Shown one piece after another: positions 9,534 to 19,358 of a DNA stretch of 64,000 nucleotides. Origin of the DNA: Verrucomicrobiota bacterium (lineage in GTDB: Bacteria > Verrucomicrobiota > Lentisphaeria > Lentisphaerales > Lentisphaeraceae). A model generated the notes under the pieces. The model made no database searches and was not told where the DNA came from. It worked only from the letters and a program-made list of their open reading frames with translations. How positions within the stretch are numbered: position 1 is the stretch's first letter; every line of letters starts with the position of its first letter. The translations under genes were made by a program, and so were the position numbers. The stretch spans positions 1-64,000 of the forward strand of contig JBDKFG010000001.1 in assembly GCA_039798785.1 (NCBI GenBank). Reading direction: 5' to 3'.

Positions 9534-10565
9534 TCAGCTTCGCACTTCCACCAGGTGCCCGCCGCGAGGATCGTCTTGGATGGTCCAGCGCAGATCAGGC
9601 AGGAAGAGGCCGATGGTGTCGATGTTGGTGGTGAAGTGGGAGGAGAGCGTCGAGCAGCGGAAGCGTCCCTGGCCGGCCAAGGCGAGAGGTAGCAGCAACT
9701 GGTCGGCGAGGTGTTCGCCCACCGGTGCGGAAGCCGCAAGGAAGGTTTTGACTTCGTCGATCACCTGGCGGGCGAGCTGTTCGGAGCTCTTGCCGCGCTG
9801 GGCGCAGACGCTGAAGACCTCGCTGTGCCCGGCGAAATCGAGGAAGAGCTGCAGGATGAGTCCGGGGCCCTGATCTTCCGGGATGGCGACGACTTCGCAG
9901 TCGGGGTCGGTCCAACCGAGCTGTTTTTTGACCTCGCGGAACATCCGCGCCGGGATGTCCTGCGGCAGGCCGGCGTTGAGGATTTGCGCCCGCCGCGAAC
10001 GCAGTTCGCCGCGTTCGATCAGGTCGAGATCCGACCAGGCTTGATGAGCCCCGATGCGGGCGATCCAGGAGGCTCCGCCGCGCTGCATGAAGCCGCGACG
10101 GTGCAGATCGATGTCGACCTCGACGCCCAGGCGTTTGAGCTGCGGTAGGAAGCTCTTGCGGAGGAAGTCGAGGGGTGGGGCGAAGGGGTTGTCGGTGGCG
10201 CCGCTGAGGCGGACTTCCGCTGCGACTCCCGCAAACAGGAAGATCGGCAGAACCGTTTGCAGCACCAGGCTGGAGCTGCCGCCGGTTTCGATCGGGAAAT
10301 CGAAGTCGCCGCCGCGGATCTTCCCGGGGCGGAACTCGAGCTCCTGGGAGCCGAGTTCATCGCCCTTGACTTCGGCCTGGCAGACCATCGCCGCCGCCCG
10401 CACGCAAGCAAGGTGTTGCCGCGCCAGCCCGGGCTTGGGTCGTCCGGCGCGGATGTGAGTGAATTTCACCGTCTTTCCGGTGATCGCGGCGAGGGCCAGC
10501 GAAGTGCGCAGGATCTGGCCGCCGCCTTCGCCGCGCGAGCCGTCGATGAGGAGTGTGTCGTTCAT
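9534..10565 (-). CDS. rtcA: RNA 3'-terminal phosphate cyclase
   Basis: IDGSRGEGGGQILRTSLAL, IRAGRPKPGLARQHL, catalytic VGEHLADQLLLP. The frame is also open upstream to 11015. Confidence 0.96.
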   Translation of the reverse strand: MNDTLLIDGSRGEGGGQILRTSLALAAITGKTVKFTHIRAGRPKPGLARQHLACVRAAAMVCQAEVKGDELGSQELEFRPGKIRGGDFDFPIETGGSSSLVLQTVLPIFLFAGVAAEVRLSGATDNPFAPPLDFLRKSFLPQLKRLGVEVDIDLHRRGFMQRGGASWIARIGAHQAWSDLDLIERGELRSRRAQILNAGLPQDIPARMFREVKKQLGWTDPDCEVVAIPEDQGPGLILQLFLDFAGHSEVFSVCAQRGKSSEQLARQVIDEVKTFLAASAPVGEHLADQLLLPLALAGQGRFRCSTLSSHFTTNIDTIGLFLPDLRWTIQDDPRGGHLVEVRS

Positions 10566-11015
10566 GGAAATCTCAGGGGAGTAAGGGAGTTGGGGAGTGG
10601 GGGACTTGAGCCCGGGATTGCTGACGTCCCCTAGGCGAGGTTGCGCCGCTTCCTGCCTTTGCCTTTTTTCTGCGCGGTAGAGTTCGCGGCAGGCATAGCA
10701 GTGATGCGGGTGCGAATTGAGGTCGATTTGGAGTTGTTCATACCAGTGCTTTTGCTCTTCTGCGAAGAAGATGTAAAAACCGCCGCAGCGTTGGCACGCC
10801 ATTTCGTGATCGAGGTAATAATGCGCCATGCGACGGATGTGAGGCAATTGCGGGGCGCAGGGGATGGCGGTTCCGGTGATCGGGAAGCCGGAAAAATGCC
10901 TGAGTGCCCAAGGCGTTGATTCAATCGGGTCCTGGGTGTATCTCGGCGTCTTGCCGTAGCGCGGGTGATCGCAGAACACTTTGTCTTTGTCGAGGAATCG
11001 GCTTGGATCGGACAT
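10566..11015 (-). CDS. Zinc-ribbon domain protein (zf-trcl-like), in frame with rtcA with no intervening stop
   Basis: YYLDHEMACQRCGGFYIFFAEEQKHWYE...CYACR (two CxxC pairs); ATG at 11015. Confidence 0.75.
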
Positions 11016-11137
11016 GGCGCACCTGAAAACTGGGGGGGGGGAATCTGGAAGCTCCGGCCACCGTGCCGGGATTGTTCCCTGGGGCCTCCGCAATCCTTGT
11101 GGAGTTGAGCTTTCGTTTTTCGTTTGTAGTTCCGGCT

Positions 11138-11752
11138 TCAGCCGGTGGCGTTGTTTCCTTTTGTGATGAGCGCTATAACTCCGGCATATTCAGGGTCGTT
11201 TTTGATCTGGCTGAGGAAGTCTTCCAAGACTGCGATTTGGGTCGCCGAAAAACCTGATTTCAGCCAGCGTTTAGCGCGGTGTCGAAGTAGCCACCAGATG
11301 AATTGCTGGCCACACAGGGAGTCCAATGAATGTCGGCGCTCGATGGCATCAAGGACCCAGAGCATCCAGCGAGGGGTGTAATAAGGCGAGACTTCCGGCG
11401 GAGCAAAGCAAAAGAAGACGGGGCAAAGCGCGATTTGCGCATCGCTGATCTCCCTCCAATCCGACCACGATTCCTCTTGCCAATCATCCGGGAAAGCTTC
11501 GTCGACTTGTCCCCAAGAGTCATCCACCAAGGCGTTCGCGAGGCGATAGGCCGGTGCAGGGCTCAAGGGGAACTCCGCGCCGATGCGTCGACGCAAATCG
11601 ATGAAAGCCAGGGCCATTTCTTCAGCAGGGATCTTGCCGGCCTCAGCCATGGCCTGAAGGAAGGCAGGGTTTTGGCCGAGTTTATAGCGGGGCTTCGCTG
11701 GCATTGAGATTTTCGGGTTGGTGCTTCTGTCGGGTTTTTTGCGCTTGCTCAT
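11138..11752 (-). CDS. Hypothetical protein
   Basis: 204-aa ORF collinear with the rtc operon; no confident motif. Confidence 0.65.
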   Translation of the reverse strand: MSKRKKPDRSTNPKISMPAKPRYKLGQNPAFLQAMAEAGKIPAEEMALAFIDLRRRIGAEFPLSPAPAYRLANALVDDSWGQVDEAFPDDWQEESWSDWREISDAQIALCPVFFCFAPPEVSPYYTPRWMLWVLDAIERRHSLDSLCGQQFIWWLLRHRAKRWLKSGFSATQIAVLEDFLSQIKNDPEYAGVIALITKGNNATG

Positions 11753-11839
11753 GGGGGCGTTCTCGGGTTGAGTAAGTTGCGGGAAGCGCAGCCGGCGGGA
11801 CGCCAGCGATCCCGAGACGGAGCAGCAGCAAGGCAGCGC

Positions 11840-12229
11840 TCACCAGCAGATCTTGACCTTGGGGTAGCTCGGGATGATCTGGTCGGCGGTGACGATGCTC
11901 GCCTTGTGGCGGAGGGCGCTGGCGATGATCATCCGGTCGCAGGGATCCTTGTGGATCGGCGGCAGGCGGGCGGAAAGAGCAGCGGTGGCGGCGTCAATCA
12001 GCCACTCTTCGAGACGGTAGCTGCGGGCGAGGGATTCCAGCCATTCCTCGGCGTTGCCACCGGGGATTTTCATCTGTCCCAACTCATGGAGACGCTGGAT
12101 CTCCAGCGCGCTGATCGCAGAGAAGGCCAGGGGAGCATTGCCGAGAATCGCCGCAGCGGCCTTGGGCGACAGCTTGGAACGGTCGCCAGCCAGCCACAGC
12201 AGGGCGCAGGTGTCGAGAAGTAGATGCAT
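11840..12229 (-). CDS. vapC: PIN-domain toxin (VapC family)
   Basis: LLLDTCALLW, SAISALEI, HKDPCDRMIIASA, IVTAD. Confidence 0.93.
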   Translation of the reverse strand: MHLLLDTCALLWLAGDRSKLSPKAAAAILGNAPLAFSAISALEIQRLHELGQMKIPGGNAEEWLESLARSYRLEEWLIDAATAALSARLPPIHKDPCDRMIIASALRHKASIVTADQIIPSYPKVKICW

Positions 12230-12468
12230 CAGCGGAATTCCTCGGGCCAGGCTTCGTTGTCGAGCGGTGCAGTGAGGTCGCCCTTCAGTTTCAAGCGGCG
12301 ATCTTCGGGGATCAGATCGCGACGGAAATCGGTTTCCTCCGCATGCGCCACCAGATCGATCAAGGGCTTGCCGTTGCGGCAGATGACGACCTGTTCCTTG
12401 CCGGTGATGACCAGCTCGATCAGCTCGGAGAGGCGGCTCTTGGCTTCGTGGGTGTTGACGATGATCAT
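12229..12468 (-). CDS. Phd/YefM family antitoxin
   Basis: VNTHEAKSRLSELIE...GKEQVVICRNGKP; its stop overlaps the toxin start (TGATG). Confidence 0.92.
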   Translation of the reverse strand: MIIVNTHEAKSRLSELIELVITGKEQVVICRNGKPLIDLVAHAEETDFRRDLIPEDRRLKLKGDLTAPLDNEAWPEEFR

Positions 12469-12485
12469 GGCGGATTTCCTTTTTT

Positions 12486-12509
12486 GACTGGGCTTAGCTA
12501 AGCTTAGTC
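12486..12509. promoter_or_regulatory. Putative toxin-antitoxin autoregulatory operator
   Basis: Palindrome GACTGGGCTTAGCTAAGCTTAGTC with perfect core GCTTAGCTAAGC, just upstream of the antitoxin ATG. Confidence 0.65.
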
Positions 12510-12589
12510 TACTTCGGTTTTGTGAGGAGCGCAAGATGTCGCTGGAGTTCCCTGGGAGCCCCGGCCTCCGTGCCGGGTTTGCAGCTCAT

Positions 12590-13804
12590 CTACTGGATCG
12601 CTGGCGTCCCGCCGGCAGTGCTGTCCTTCGAACGCGTCAGGACGCAGGGGGCCTTGACGATTTCTGATAGTCGATCACGCACGGTGGTGAGAAGGGTCGA
12701 GACGATTTCAGTAGGCAGAGGTCCTTCGATCATGATCGCGATGCGTTGGTCGTTTTCATCGAAACGAACGGTCACGCCCTGGATGTCGAGGCGGTAGCGA
12801 TTGTATTCCTCATCCCCGAATTCCTCATCTTCTTCTTCTTCGTCGTCGTCGTTGTCGTCACTGACGAGGAGCTCTCGGGTTCTCGCCTTTTCCGGTCCGA
12901 AGGGAGATAGATAGAGATCTTCAATCAGCGCGACCTGCCTGTCTGAGATCTCGCCGACCAAAGCCTTGAGGGGCTCGTTGACCTGATTCATGGCCCGATA
13001 GGTGGCGGCGAGGCGTAGCGACCATAAGGCAAGACTATTCCCGTCGCTTCGGGCGATCTTCCAGGATTGCCATTGGCGATCAGTCACACGGGTCCAGGCC
13101 AGCGTCTTCAGGCAGAGCTGATAGTCGTCGATGTTTTCCTCAAAGCCTCCCTCATGAAAGATCTGGCCACCGCTGATCCGTAGCGCCGCAGCATCAACGC
13201 TCAGCTGCGCCTTGTGCTTATGCAGCCAACCGGGTTTTTCCCCGGTGGTCGTCAGTCGCTGCATGGCCCAGGTCTTGATGTCGAGGCGAAGCACTTGAAT
13301 CTCACCGATCTTGCGGTCCTCGGGATAACCGAGATTGCCGATCAGGTAGATGGCATCACCGACCAGTGTGGCGGTAGCGAAGTCGGTCGGAGGGAAATCC
13401 GCTTCGGGATAGCCATAGATGTTGAATTCATCGCCATCCTGGACCACGACATCGTTGTAGATGTAGAAATCCGGATCGTAATAGTCCTCGTGCTCCCCTC
13501 CGATGAAGACCTTGCGGCCGTCAGGAAGCTTGGTTTTGGTGCGTCCGAAGCGGTCGAAGCACCAGCCGGGATCGCCGTCGAAAGAGCCGGGGCCTGAGAA
13601 GTGTTCATTGAGTTTGTAGGCCGAGCAGCCCTCGCGGATGGCATAGCTCCAAAAAGGGTTGTTCATGGGTTCGGGATTGCGCTCGCCGCGGCGGGGCGAA
13701 CGCCATTCGGCAAAGGCCGACTCGGGGCTGTCCAGAGGGGCCTGCGGCGCTTGCTCCGGGGTGAAAAGGGATTGGATTTTAGTTAAGAAGGAAGACATGG
13801 GCAT
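12590..13804 (-). CDS. Conserved hypothetical protein with Kelch-like beta-propeller segments
   Basis: WCFDRFGRT..LPDGRKVFIGGEHEDYYDPDFYIYNDVVV, ATLVGDAIYLIGNLGY, acidic tract near the C-terminus. Confidence 0.75.
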   Translation of the reverse strand: MPMSSFLTKIQSLFTPEQAPQAPLDSPESAFAEWRSPRRGERNPEPMNNPFWSYAIREGCSAYKLNEHFSGPGSFDGDPGWCFDRFGRTKTKLPDGRKVFIGGEHEDYYDPDFYIYNDVVVQDGDEFNIYGYPEADFPPTDFATATLVGDAIYLIGNLGYPEDRKIGEIQVLRLDIKTWAMQRLTTTGEKPGWLHKHKAQLSVDAAALRISGGQIFHEGGFEENIDDYQLCLKTLAWTRVTDRQWQSWKIARSDGNSLALWSLRLAATYRAMNQVNEPLKALVGEISDRQVALIEDLYLSPFGPEKARTRELLVSDDNDDDEEEEDEEFGDEEYNRYRLDIQGVTVRFDENDQRIAIMIEGPLPTEIVSTLLTTVRDRLSEIVKAPCVLTRSKDSTAGGTPAIQ

Positions 13805-13897
13805 TCTCGGGTTGGGTAATTTGCGGGAGCTGCAAACCGGCTGGCAGCCGGCGCTCCCAGGTGAGCGAACTCGAGCAGGGATGCTCGAGCCACGTTC

Positions 13898-15142
13898 TCA
13901 GCCCTTGACGCAGACCACTTGCTTCAAGGTGTGGACGATCTCGACCAGGTCGGACTGGGCGGCCATGACGGCATCGATGTCCTTGTAGGCCATCGGGATT
14001 TCGTCGAGGACGCCTTCGTCTTTGCGGCATTCGACCCCGGCGGTGGCGCGGGCGTGGTCGGCGAGGGTGTAGGTCTTCTTCGCCTCGGTTCGGCTCATGG
14101 CGCGGCCGGCACCGTGGGAGCAGGAGCAGAAGGAGTCCTGGTTACCCTTGCCGCGGACGATGTAGGAGCGGGCGCCCATCGAGCCGGGGATGATGCCGAG
14201 CTCGCCCTCGCCGGCACGCACGGCGCCCTTGCGGGTGATCAGCACTTCGTCGCCGAAATGCTTCTCGCGGCTGACGTAGTTGTGGTGGCAGTTGACCACG
14301 GTCTGGCCGGTAGTGAAGGGCGGCAGGCGTCCCTTCTCCTTGAGGATGGCGAGAATATGCTGCATCATCAGGTCGCGGTTGGCGCGGGCGTAGGCCTGGG
14401 CCCAGTCGACTGCTTGCCAGTAATCGTCGAAGTGCTCGGTACCTTCGGGGAAGTAGGCGAGATCTTTATCGGGCAGGTTGAGGTGCCACTTCTGCATATC
14501 CTGGCGGGCCAGCTCGATGAAGTACTGGCCGGTGCGGTTGCCGATACCGCGCGATCCGGAGTGAAGCATGATCCAGACGGCGCCGCGTTCATCGAGGCAG
14601 ACTTCGACGAAGTGGTTGCCGCCGCCGAGGGTTCCGAGCTGTTTCATCGGGTCCTTCTCGGCCATCGCCTTGGGGTGTTTGGCCTGGAGGGTTTTGAAGC
14701 CCTCGTGCAAGCCGCTCCAGGCGTTTTTCACCGATTCGGCGGGATCCTTCCATGAGCCGTTCTCGTGGCCGGCTTTGGAGTTGGTGTTGAAGCCGTTGGG
14801 CACGGCGGATTCGATCAGGTTGCGGATATGCTTGAGATCGTCGGGCAGATCCTCGGCCTTGAGCGAGGTCTCGACCGCCATCATGCCGCAGCCGATATCG
14901 ACGCCGACGGCGGCGGGAATGATCGCGCCCTTGGTCGGGATCACCGAGCCGACGGTGGCGCCGATGCCAGCATGGACGTCGGGCATCAAAGCGATCCAGC
15001 GGTAGATGAAGGGCAGCTTGGCGGCGTTTCGGACCTGGGCTTCGGCCTTGGGGTCGAAGGGCACGCCTTTGACCCAGGCCTTGATCAGGTTCTTGCCGTT
15101 GGCGTCGGAGAGGATCTTGGGTCCGGAAATTTCGGTATTCAT
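13898..15142 (-). CDS. rtcB: RNA ligase RtcB
   Basis: MPDVHAGIGATVG, VGVDIGCG, LGTLGGGNHF, HSGSRG, CHHNY, PGSMG, SHGAGR, DEIPMAYK. Confidence 0.97.
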   Translation of the reverse strand: MNTEISGPKILSDANGKNLIKAWVKGVPFDPKAEAQVRNAAKLPFIYRWIALMPDVHAGIGATVGSVIPTKGAIIPAAVGVDIGCGMMAVETSLKAEDLPDDLKHIRNLIESAVPNGFNTNSKAGHENGSWKDPAESVKNAWSGLHEGFKTLQAKHPKAMAEKDPMKQLGTLGGGNHFVEVCLDERGAVWIMLHSGSRGIGNRTGQYFIELARQDMQKWHLNLPDKDLAYFPEGTEHFDDYWQAVDWAQAYARANRDLMMQHILAILKEKGRLPPFTTGQTVVNCHHNYVSREKHFGDEVLITRKGAVRAGEGELGIIPGSMGARSYIVRGKGNQDSFCSCSHGAGRAMSRTEAKKTYTLADHARATAGVECRKDEGVLDEIPMAYKDIDAVMAAQSDLVEIVHTLKQVVCVKG

Positions 15143-15359
15143 GATTGGGATTCCTGTTTTTTTCAGTTTAACACAGCCCACCACGGAAGGCACGGAGGGC
15201 AGGGAAGGTTTTGGTGTGGCTCGATCTTGCTCAATGTGGCTCGATCGTCCCGATCGAGGAATTGCGAATCCGCTTCCGCTCCGACTCGGCCTCCGGATCC
15301 TGGGAGGGAGGGGTCCGGTGGCCGAGCCAGAGTGTCGGCGTCTTCTGGTTGGTTCCTAT

Positions 15360-15375
15360 AGAAAACCGCGTGCCA
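15360..15375 (-). promoter_or_regulatory. Sigma-54-type promoter of the rtcB operon
   Basis: Minus strand TGGCAC-GCGGT-TTTCT (-24 consensus, -12 variant), with an AT-rich upstream region at 15395-15525. Confidence 0.75.
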
Positions 15376-15960
15376 CGCCTGACAAAAGCCAGAACTTAAA
15401 TTATGCAAAGTCTTTGAATTCAATAGAATATAATTTTTTACGATTTCTAATCTTGAGTGGCCATGGAGGTGGAAGTCTTAATAAATTAGAAATTAATCTA
15501 TTTGATTATCTAAATATATAAAATTGACCTTCGGTGCGAGGCTTTGGTCAAGGCTTCACGAGTGGCGGCGGGCGCTGCTTGAAATCCGGCGCTGGCAGGA
15601 GGGCGGAAATGAGCACCTCTCAATCTAGAAGACGCAGGTCGCTAGTCGAAAGGTGGAAAGATGAAAACGCAAGGTCTTAGGCAGACATTGGGGGCCAGTC
15701 TCGTCGTTGCACCTGGGGTCGACCCTTGCCAGGCCCCTTGCTGTTTTGCCGTCACAGCTTGCTGTTGTAGTTTTATCTTTGAATTTGTTGATTCAGCTTA
15801 AAAAACTGCTGTTGAGCAACAGAATCTGGTTGAAAGGGTGAAACGCAAGGCATTGAATCAACTGCAGTTTTTAGGCTCAGGATCCTCTCAAAGATCCCAG
15901 GCTTCGGAATCGCGGAGACGGCTCCGGTGGACTAGTGTCGGTGCATCCAGGAGAGCCCCC

Positions 15961-16443
15961 ATGATCAACGAACTTGAAGGATTGCACCAGATGCACCAAC
16001 AAGGCGCCCTCGACCCGGCGGAATTCCAAGCTGCCAAGGCGGCTCTCCTCCATTCCCCGGCTCAAGAGCTACTCAAGCTCGATGAGCTGCGCGACTCCAT
16101 GACCCGCCTGAACCGGGATTGGGATGAAGAGAGGAGGAAATATCATCCGTATCCAGATCCGGAATCAATTGGCGTCAGCCTCCGAACGTTCAAAGCGATG
16201 AACATTGATTTGGGACTTGTAGCGATAGTGATGGCTGCCTGCCTTAGGAATGTCGGAGGCCTATTTGTTGCCTGCGGGATTTTGGTGGTTGTGGGAATGT
16301 TTCAGCTCCTGGTTAGATGCCTGACTCGTCTCAGGTCAAATTTTACTGACGCCCGCCAGACCTACGAAGCTCACCGCATGGAATTGGAAGCGGAACTCGA
16401 GACCTTGCGGGGCCAGCTTCGGGGAGGAGCTCATGGAAGCTGA
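15961..16443 (+). CDS. SHOCT-domain membrane protein
   Basis: ELEGLHQMHQQGALDPAEFQAAKAALL, two hydrophobic segments, coiled-coil C-terminus. Confidence 0.7.
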   Translation: MINELEGLHQMHQQGALDPAEFQAAKAALLHSPAQELLKLDELRDSMTRLNRDWDEERRKYHPYPDPESIGVSLRTFKAMNIDLGLVAIVMAACLRNVGGLFVACGILVVVGMFQLLVRCLTRLRSNFTDARQTYEAHRMELEAELETLRGQLRGGAHGS

Positions 16444-16819
16444 AACTCAGGCGCAGAAGGTCGACCGTATGCATCTTGAGTTGCGCCGTTTGGAGCAGGA
16501 GTGGGAAGCGGAGCGCCGGGGCTTTCTCGGCCGCTACGGCGAGGAGCCGGTGGACACCTTCAAGGGACGTTATCTCGTCGCTTTCATTCTCTTGACGCTC
16601 CTTCTCTCCGCATTGCCGATTCTGAGTTTTGGCGAGGCGGGATTCCCCAGAAACCTCATCCTATCCCTCGGCGGCTTCCTCTGGCTCGGCTTCTGGCTGG
16701 TTTATGGTCGGATTCGTTATCACCAGTTTCTCGAGGCGAGGGCGAAGCACGAAGCTGCTTGCGCCCGGCTCGAGCAAAAACTGGCTGAGTTGCGGGCGGG
16801 GGAGGCGCAATATGATTAA
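16433..16819 (+). CDS. Small two-TM membrane protein, similar in layout to the upstream gene
   Basis: LEQEWEAERR resembles LNRDWDEERR of the previous ORF; overlapping stop and start. Confidence 0.65.
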   Translation: MEAETQAQKVDRMHLELRRLEQEWEAERRGFLGRYGEEPVDTFKGRYLVAFILLTLLLSALPILSFGEAGFPRNLILSLGGFLWLGFWLVYGRIRYHQFLEARAKHEAACARLEQKLAELRAGEAQYD

Positions 16820-16934
16820 AAATCATCGGCAAGATCCATGCGCCGCGTGAAGAGAAACGAGGCGTCGTCTATCGATATCACGATAGCTGTCGAAAAATTC
16901 CGCATTGGCTCCAACGGGATGGGGGTAAATGCAC

Positions 16935-18332
16935 CTACTTCCGTGGCGGGGCTTTTCCGGGGTTTTTGCCGCGGAGTTTCTTGCTCGGCTTGGCGACCTT
17001 TTTCGCCGCGTCGAACCAGCGGGGGGCGGCGGCTTCGGCAGGAGCTTCGGAGGCGGGGAGGGGAGAGGACTCAGAGGCTTCCTTCGCCAGGCGGCTATTC
17101 ACCGGGCGGCCCTTGCGGTGCGTCTGGACCTTCGGCTCCTTCGCCTTTTCCGTGACCGGGGCGGCGGGGCGCGGCCGGGGCGGACGGGGCTTCTTCGGGG
17201 CGGAGGGCTTCAGGGGGGTGGCTGATTCGTCGCGCGGGGAGTTTTCCCGGGCGTGGGCGGGCAGTTCCTCGATCGGGCCGCCGAGCTTCTCGGACCAGCG
17301 CCGCAGGTATTGCGCGTCCTCCTTGGTGATCAGCGAGATGTTGCGTCCTTCGGCGCCGCCGCGACCGGTGCGGCCGCTGCGGTGGGTGTAGCTTTCGTAG
17401 GTGCGTGCGATGTCGTACTGGATGACATCCGCTTGGCTGAGGTCGATGCCGCGGGCGAGGAGGTCGGTGGTGATCAGGTAGCGGGCGGCGCCGCTGCGCA
17501 GTTGCGCCAGGACCTGCTGGCGCTGCGAGCGCGGCATTTCGGCCTGGAGGTGGACGCTGGGCAGTCCTTGGGCTTGCAGGAAGCGGTCGAGGTGGGGCGC
17601 GAGGCGGGCTTCGGCGACGAAGATGAAGGCGAAGCCGATCTTCTGTTCCTTGAGGAGGCGGGCGAGGCTGACGTCCTTGCCGTTTTCGGGGGAAAAGCGG
17701 TAGTGGTGGCTGGTGTGGCCGAAGCGTTCCTGGACGCTGACGACGCGGACTTGTCGGAAGGTTTCTTGCAGGAAGGCGTCGGCGCGGGGAGAGCGGGTGG
17801 CGGAGGCGGCGACGAGGCGGGGCGGCTCCTTGCCGAAGCGAGACAGGATGCGTTGCAGCAGGCCGCAGACTTCCGGCTGGTTGACCATCATGTCGAGCTC
17901 ATCGAAGACCAGCAGGTCGAATGAGCCGGGGCGAAGGCCGGCTTCGCCGAGGAGATCGAAGAGGCGGCCGGGGGTGGCGCAGATCAGTTGCGGCATCTCC
18001 TTCAGGCGTTCCTTCTGGCGTGGCAGCGAGGCGCCGCCGGCGATGGCGGCGTTGCTCAGGTCGGGAGCGAGCTGGCGCAGGACCCCGAGGGTCTGCATCG
18101 CCAGTTCCGGGGTGGGCGAAAGGATCAGGGCGCGCCGCTTCGGGTCTGCCGCGAGGCGTTCGATCAGGGGCAAGGCGAAGGCGAGGGTCTTGCCGGTGCC
18201 TGTGGGGGCGTGGAGAAAGAGGTCGCCCTCTTCGGTGAAGGCGGCGAAGGCGGCCTCCTGGATCGGAGTGGGGCGGCTGATGCCTTGATTTTCCAGCCAG
18301 GAACGGGCGGCGGCGCTGAATGAAGGGAACAT
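16935..18332 (-). CDS. DEAD/DEAH-box RNA helicase
   Basis: PTPIQ, APTGTGKT, PTPELA, TPGRL, DELD, SAT, ARGID, HRSGRTGR. Confidence 0.93.
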   Translation of the reverse strand: MFPSFSAAARSWLENQGISRPTPIQEAAFAAFTEEGDLFLHAPTGTGKTLAFALPLIERLAADPKRRALILSPTPELAMQTLGVLRQLAPDLSNAAIAGGASLPRQKERLKEMPQLICATPGRLFDLLGEAGLRPGSFDLLVFDELDMMVNQPEVCGLLQRILSRFGKEPPRLVAASATRSPRADAFLQETFRQVRVVSVQERFGHTSHHYRFSPENGKDVSLARLLKEQKIGFAFIFVAEARLAPHLDRFLQAQGLPSVHLQAEMPRSQRQQVLAQLRSGAARYLITTDLLARGIDLSQADVIQYDIARTYESYTHRSGRTGRGGAEGRNISLITKEDAQYLRRWSEKLGGPIEELPAHARENSPRDESATPLKPSAPKKPRPPRPRPAAPVTEKAKEPKVQTHRKGRPVNSRLAKEASESSPLPASEAPAEAAAPRWFDAAKKVAKPSKKLRGKNPGKAPPRK

Positions 18333-18407
18333 CGGGGGCCTCGGGTTATGATCTCCGTGACGATAAGTCCGAGCCGCCGCTTTACGCGTCCGGCGCGTGA
18401 GATTCCG

Positions 18408-19358
18408 CTAGCTCCTGGCGTGGGAAAAGGCGTCGGCGAGGATGCGGGCCGAGGGGAGGCCGGCTAGGAAGAGCTTGAGCCTCAGTTCGCGGACGAAATC
18501 GGGGTGGCCACAGAGGAAGGCGCTGCATTGCGCCGGGGTCTTGAGCAGCGGCGGGATCAGCTCGGTGAGTCGGCCCGAGGCGATGCCGTTCTGGCTGGCG
18601 CGGGTCAGAGCCGGACGGTAGAGCAGGCGGGGATGTTTCTTCATCAGCTCGCGGATTTCGCCGTCGAAATAGAGGTCCTCCGCGGTGCGCCCACCGTGGA
18701 AGAGGAAGATCCAGCCGCCGTGCTCCTTCTTGATCGCGTCCTTGAGGATGCCGATCAGCGGCGCCAGGCCGGTTCCGGTGGCGGCGAGGACAAGGTCGGT
18801 GCCGGCGTGGATCGATGCGTAGTGGCAGGAGCCGGCGGCCTCGCCGATGTCGACGCTGTCTCCCTCGCGAAGGGCGCAAAGGCGGGGGCTCAAGGCGCCG
18901 CCGTCCAGGCGTCGGATGTGAAATTCAAGATGGCTTTCGGCTGGATGCGAGGCGAGAGAATAGGGGCGGCTGAGGCCGTCGAGACGGAGCTGCAGGAACT
19001 GGCCGGGACGGTAGGGAAGGTCACGTGATTCAAGGCGGAGGATGAACACGTCAGGGGCGGCCTGGCGCAGCGAGAGGACGCGGGCGCTGCGGTAGCCGGC
19101 GGCGTCGCGGAGGACCAAGTCGCCCTCCGGCTTGGCCTGGCAGGTGAGGAACCAGCCGTCCGCCTTCTGCTCGGCGCTGAGGCCGCGGAAGGATTCCGGA
19201 TTCAAGCCGCGGCCATTCTCGCTCCGGCAGAGGCAGGCGTGGCAGACTCCGGCCCGGCAGGAATAGGGGGCATCGACTCCTTGACGCAGAAGAGCCTCAA
19301 GCACCGTCTCGTCGGGACGGCACTCGAGCCTGCGGCCTTCGTGGATGACGAAGTTCAC
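18408..19358 (-). CDS. 2Fe-2S ferredoxin / FAD / NAD(P)H oxidoreductase
   Basis: CRAGVCHAC...C, RPYSLAS, ATGTGLAP, LCGHP. GTG start overlaps the globin stop. Confidence 0.9.
   Translation of the reverse strand: MNFVIHEGRRLECRPDETVLEALLRQGVDAPYSCRAGVCHACLCRSENGRGLNPESFRGLSAEQKADGWFLTCQAKPEGDLVLRDAAGYRSARVLSLRQAAPDVFILRLESRDLPYRPGQFLQLRLDGLSRPYSLASHPAESHLEFHIRRLDGGALSPRLCALREGDSVDIGEAAGSCHYASIHAGTDLVLAATGTGLAPLIGILKDAIKKEHGGWIFLFHGGRTAEDLYFDGEIRELMKKHPRLLYRPALTRASQNGIASGRLTELIPPLLKTPAQCSAFLCGHPDFVRELRLKLFLAGLPSARILADAFSHARS

Noticed and set aside
16935..18332. DEAD-box helicase as part of the rtc operon
   Set aside because: It lies upstream of the rtcB sigma-54 promoter and is separated from it by two opposite-strand genes; proximity alone is insufficient.
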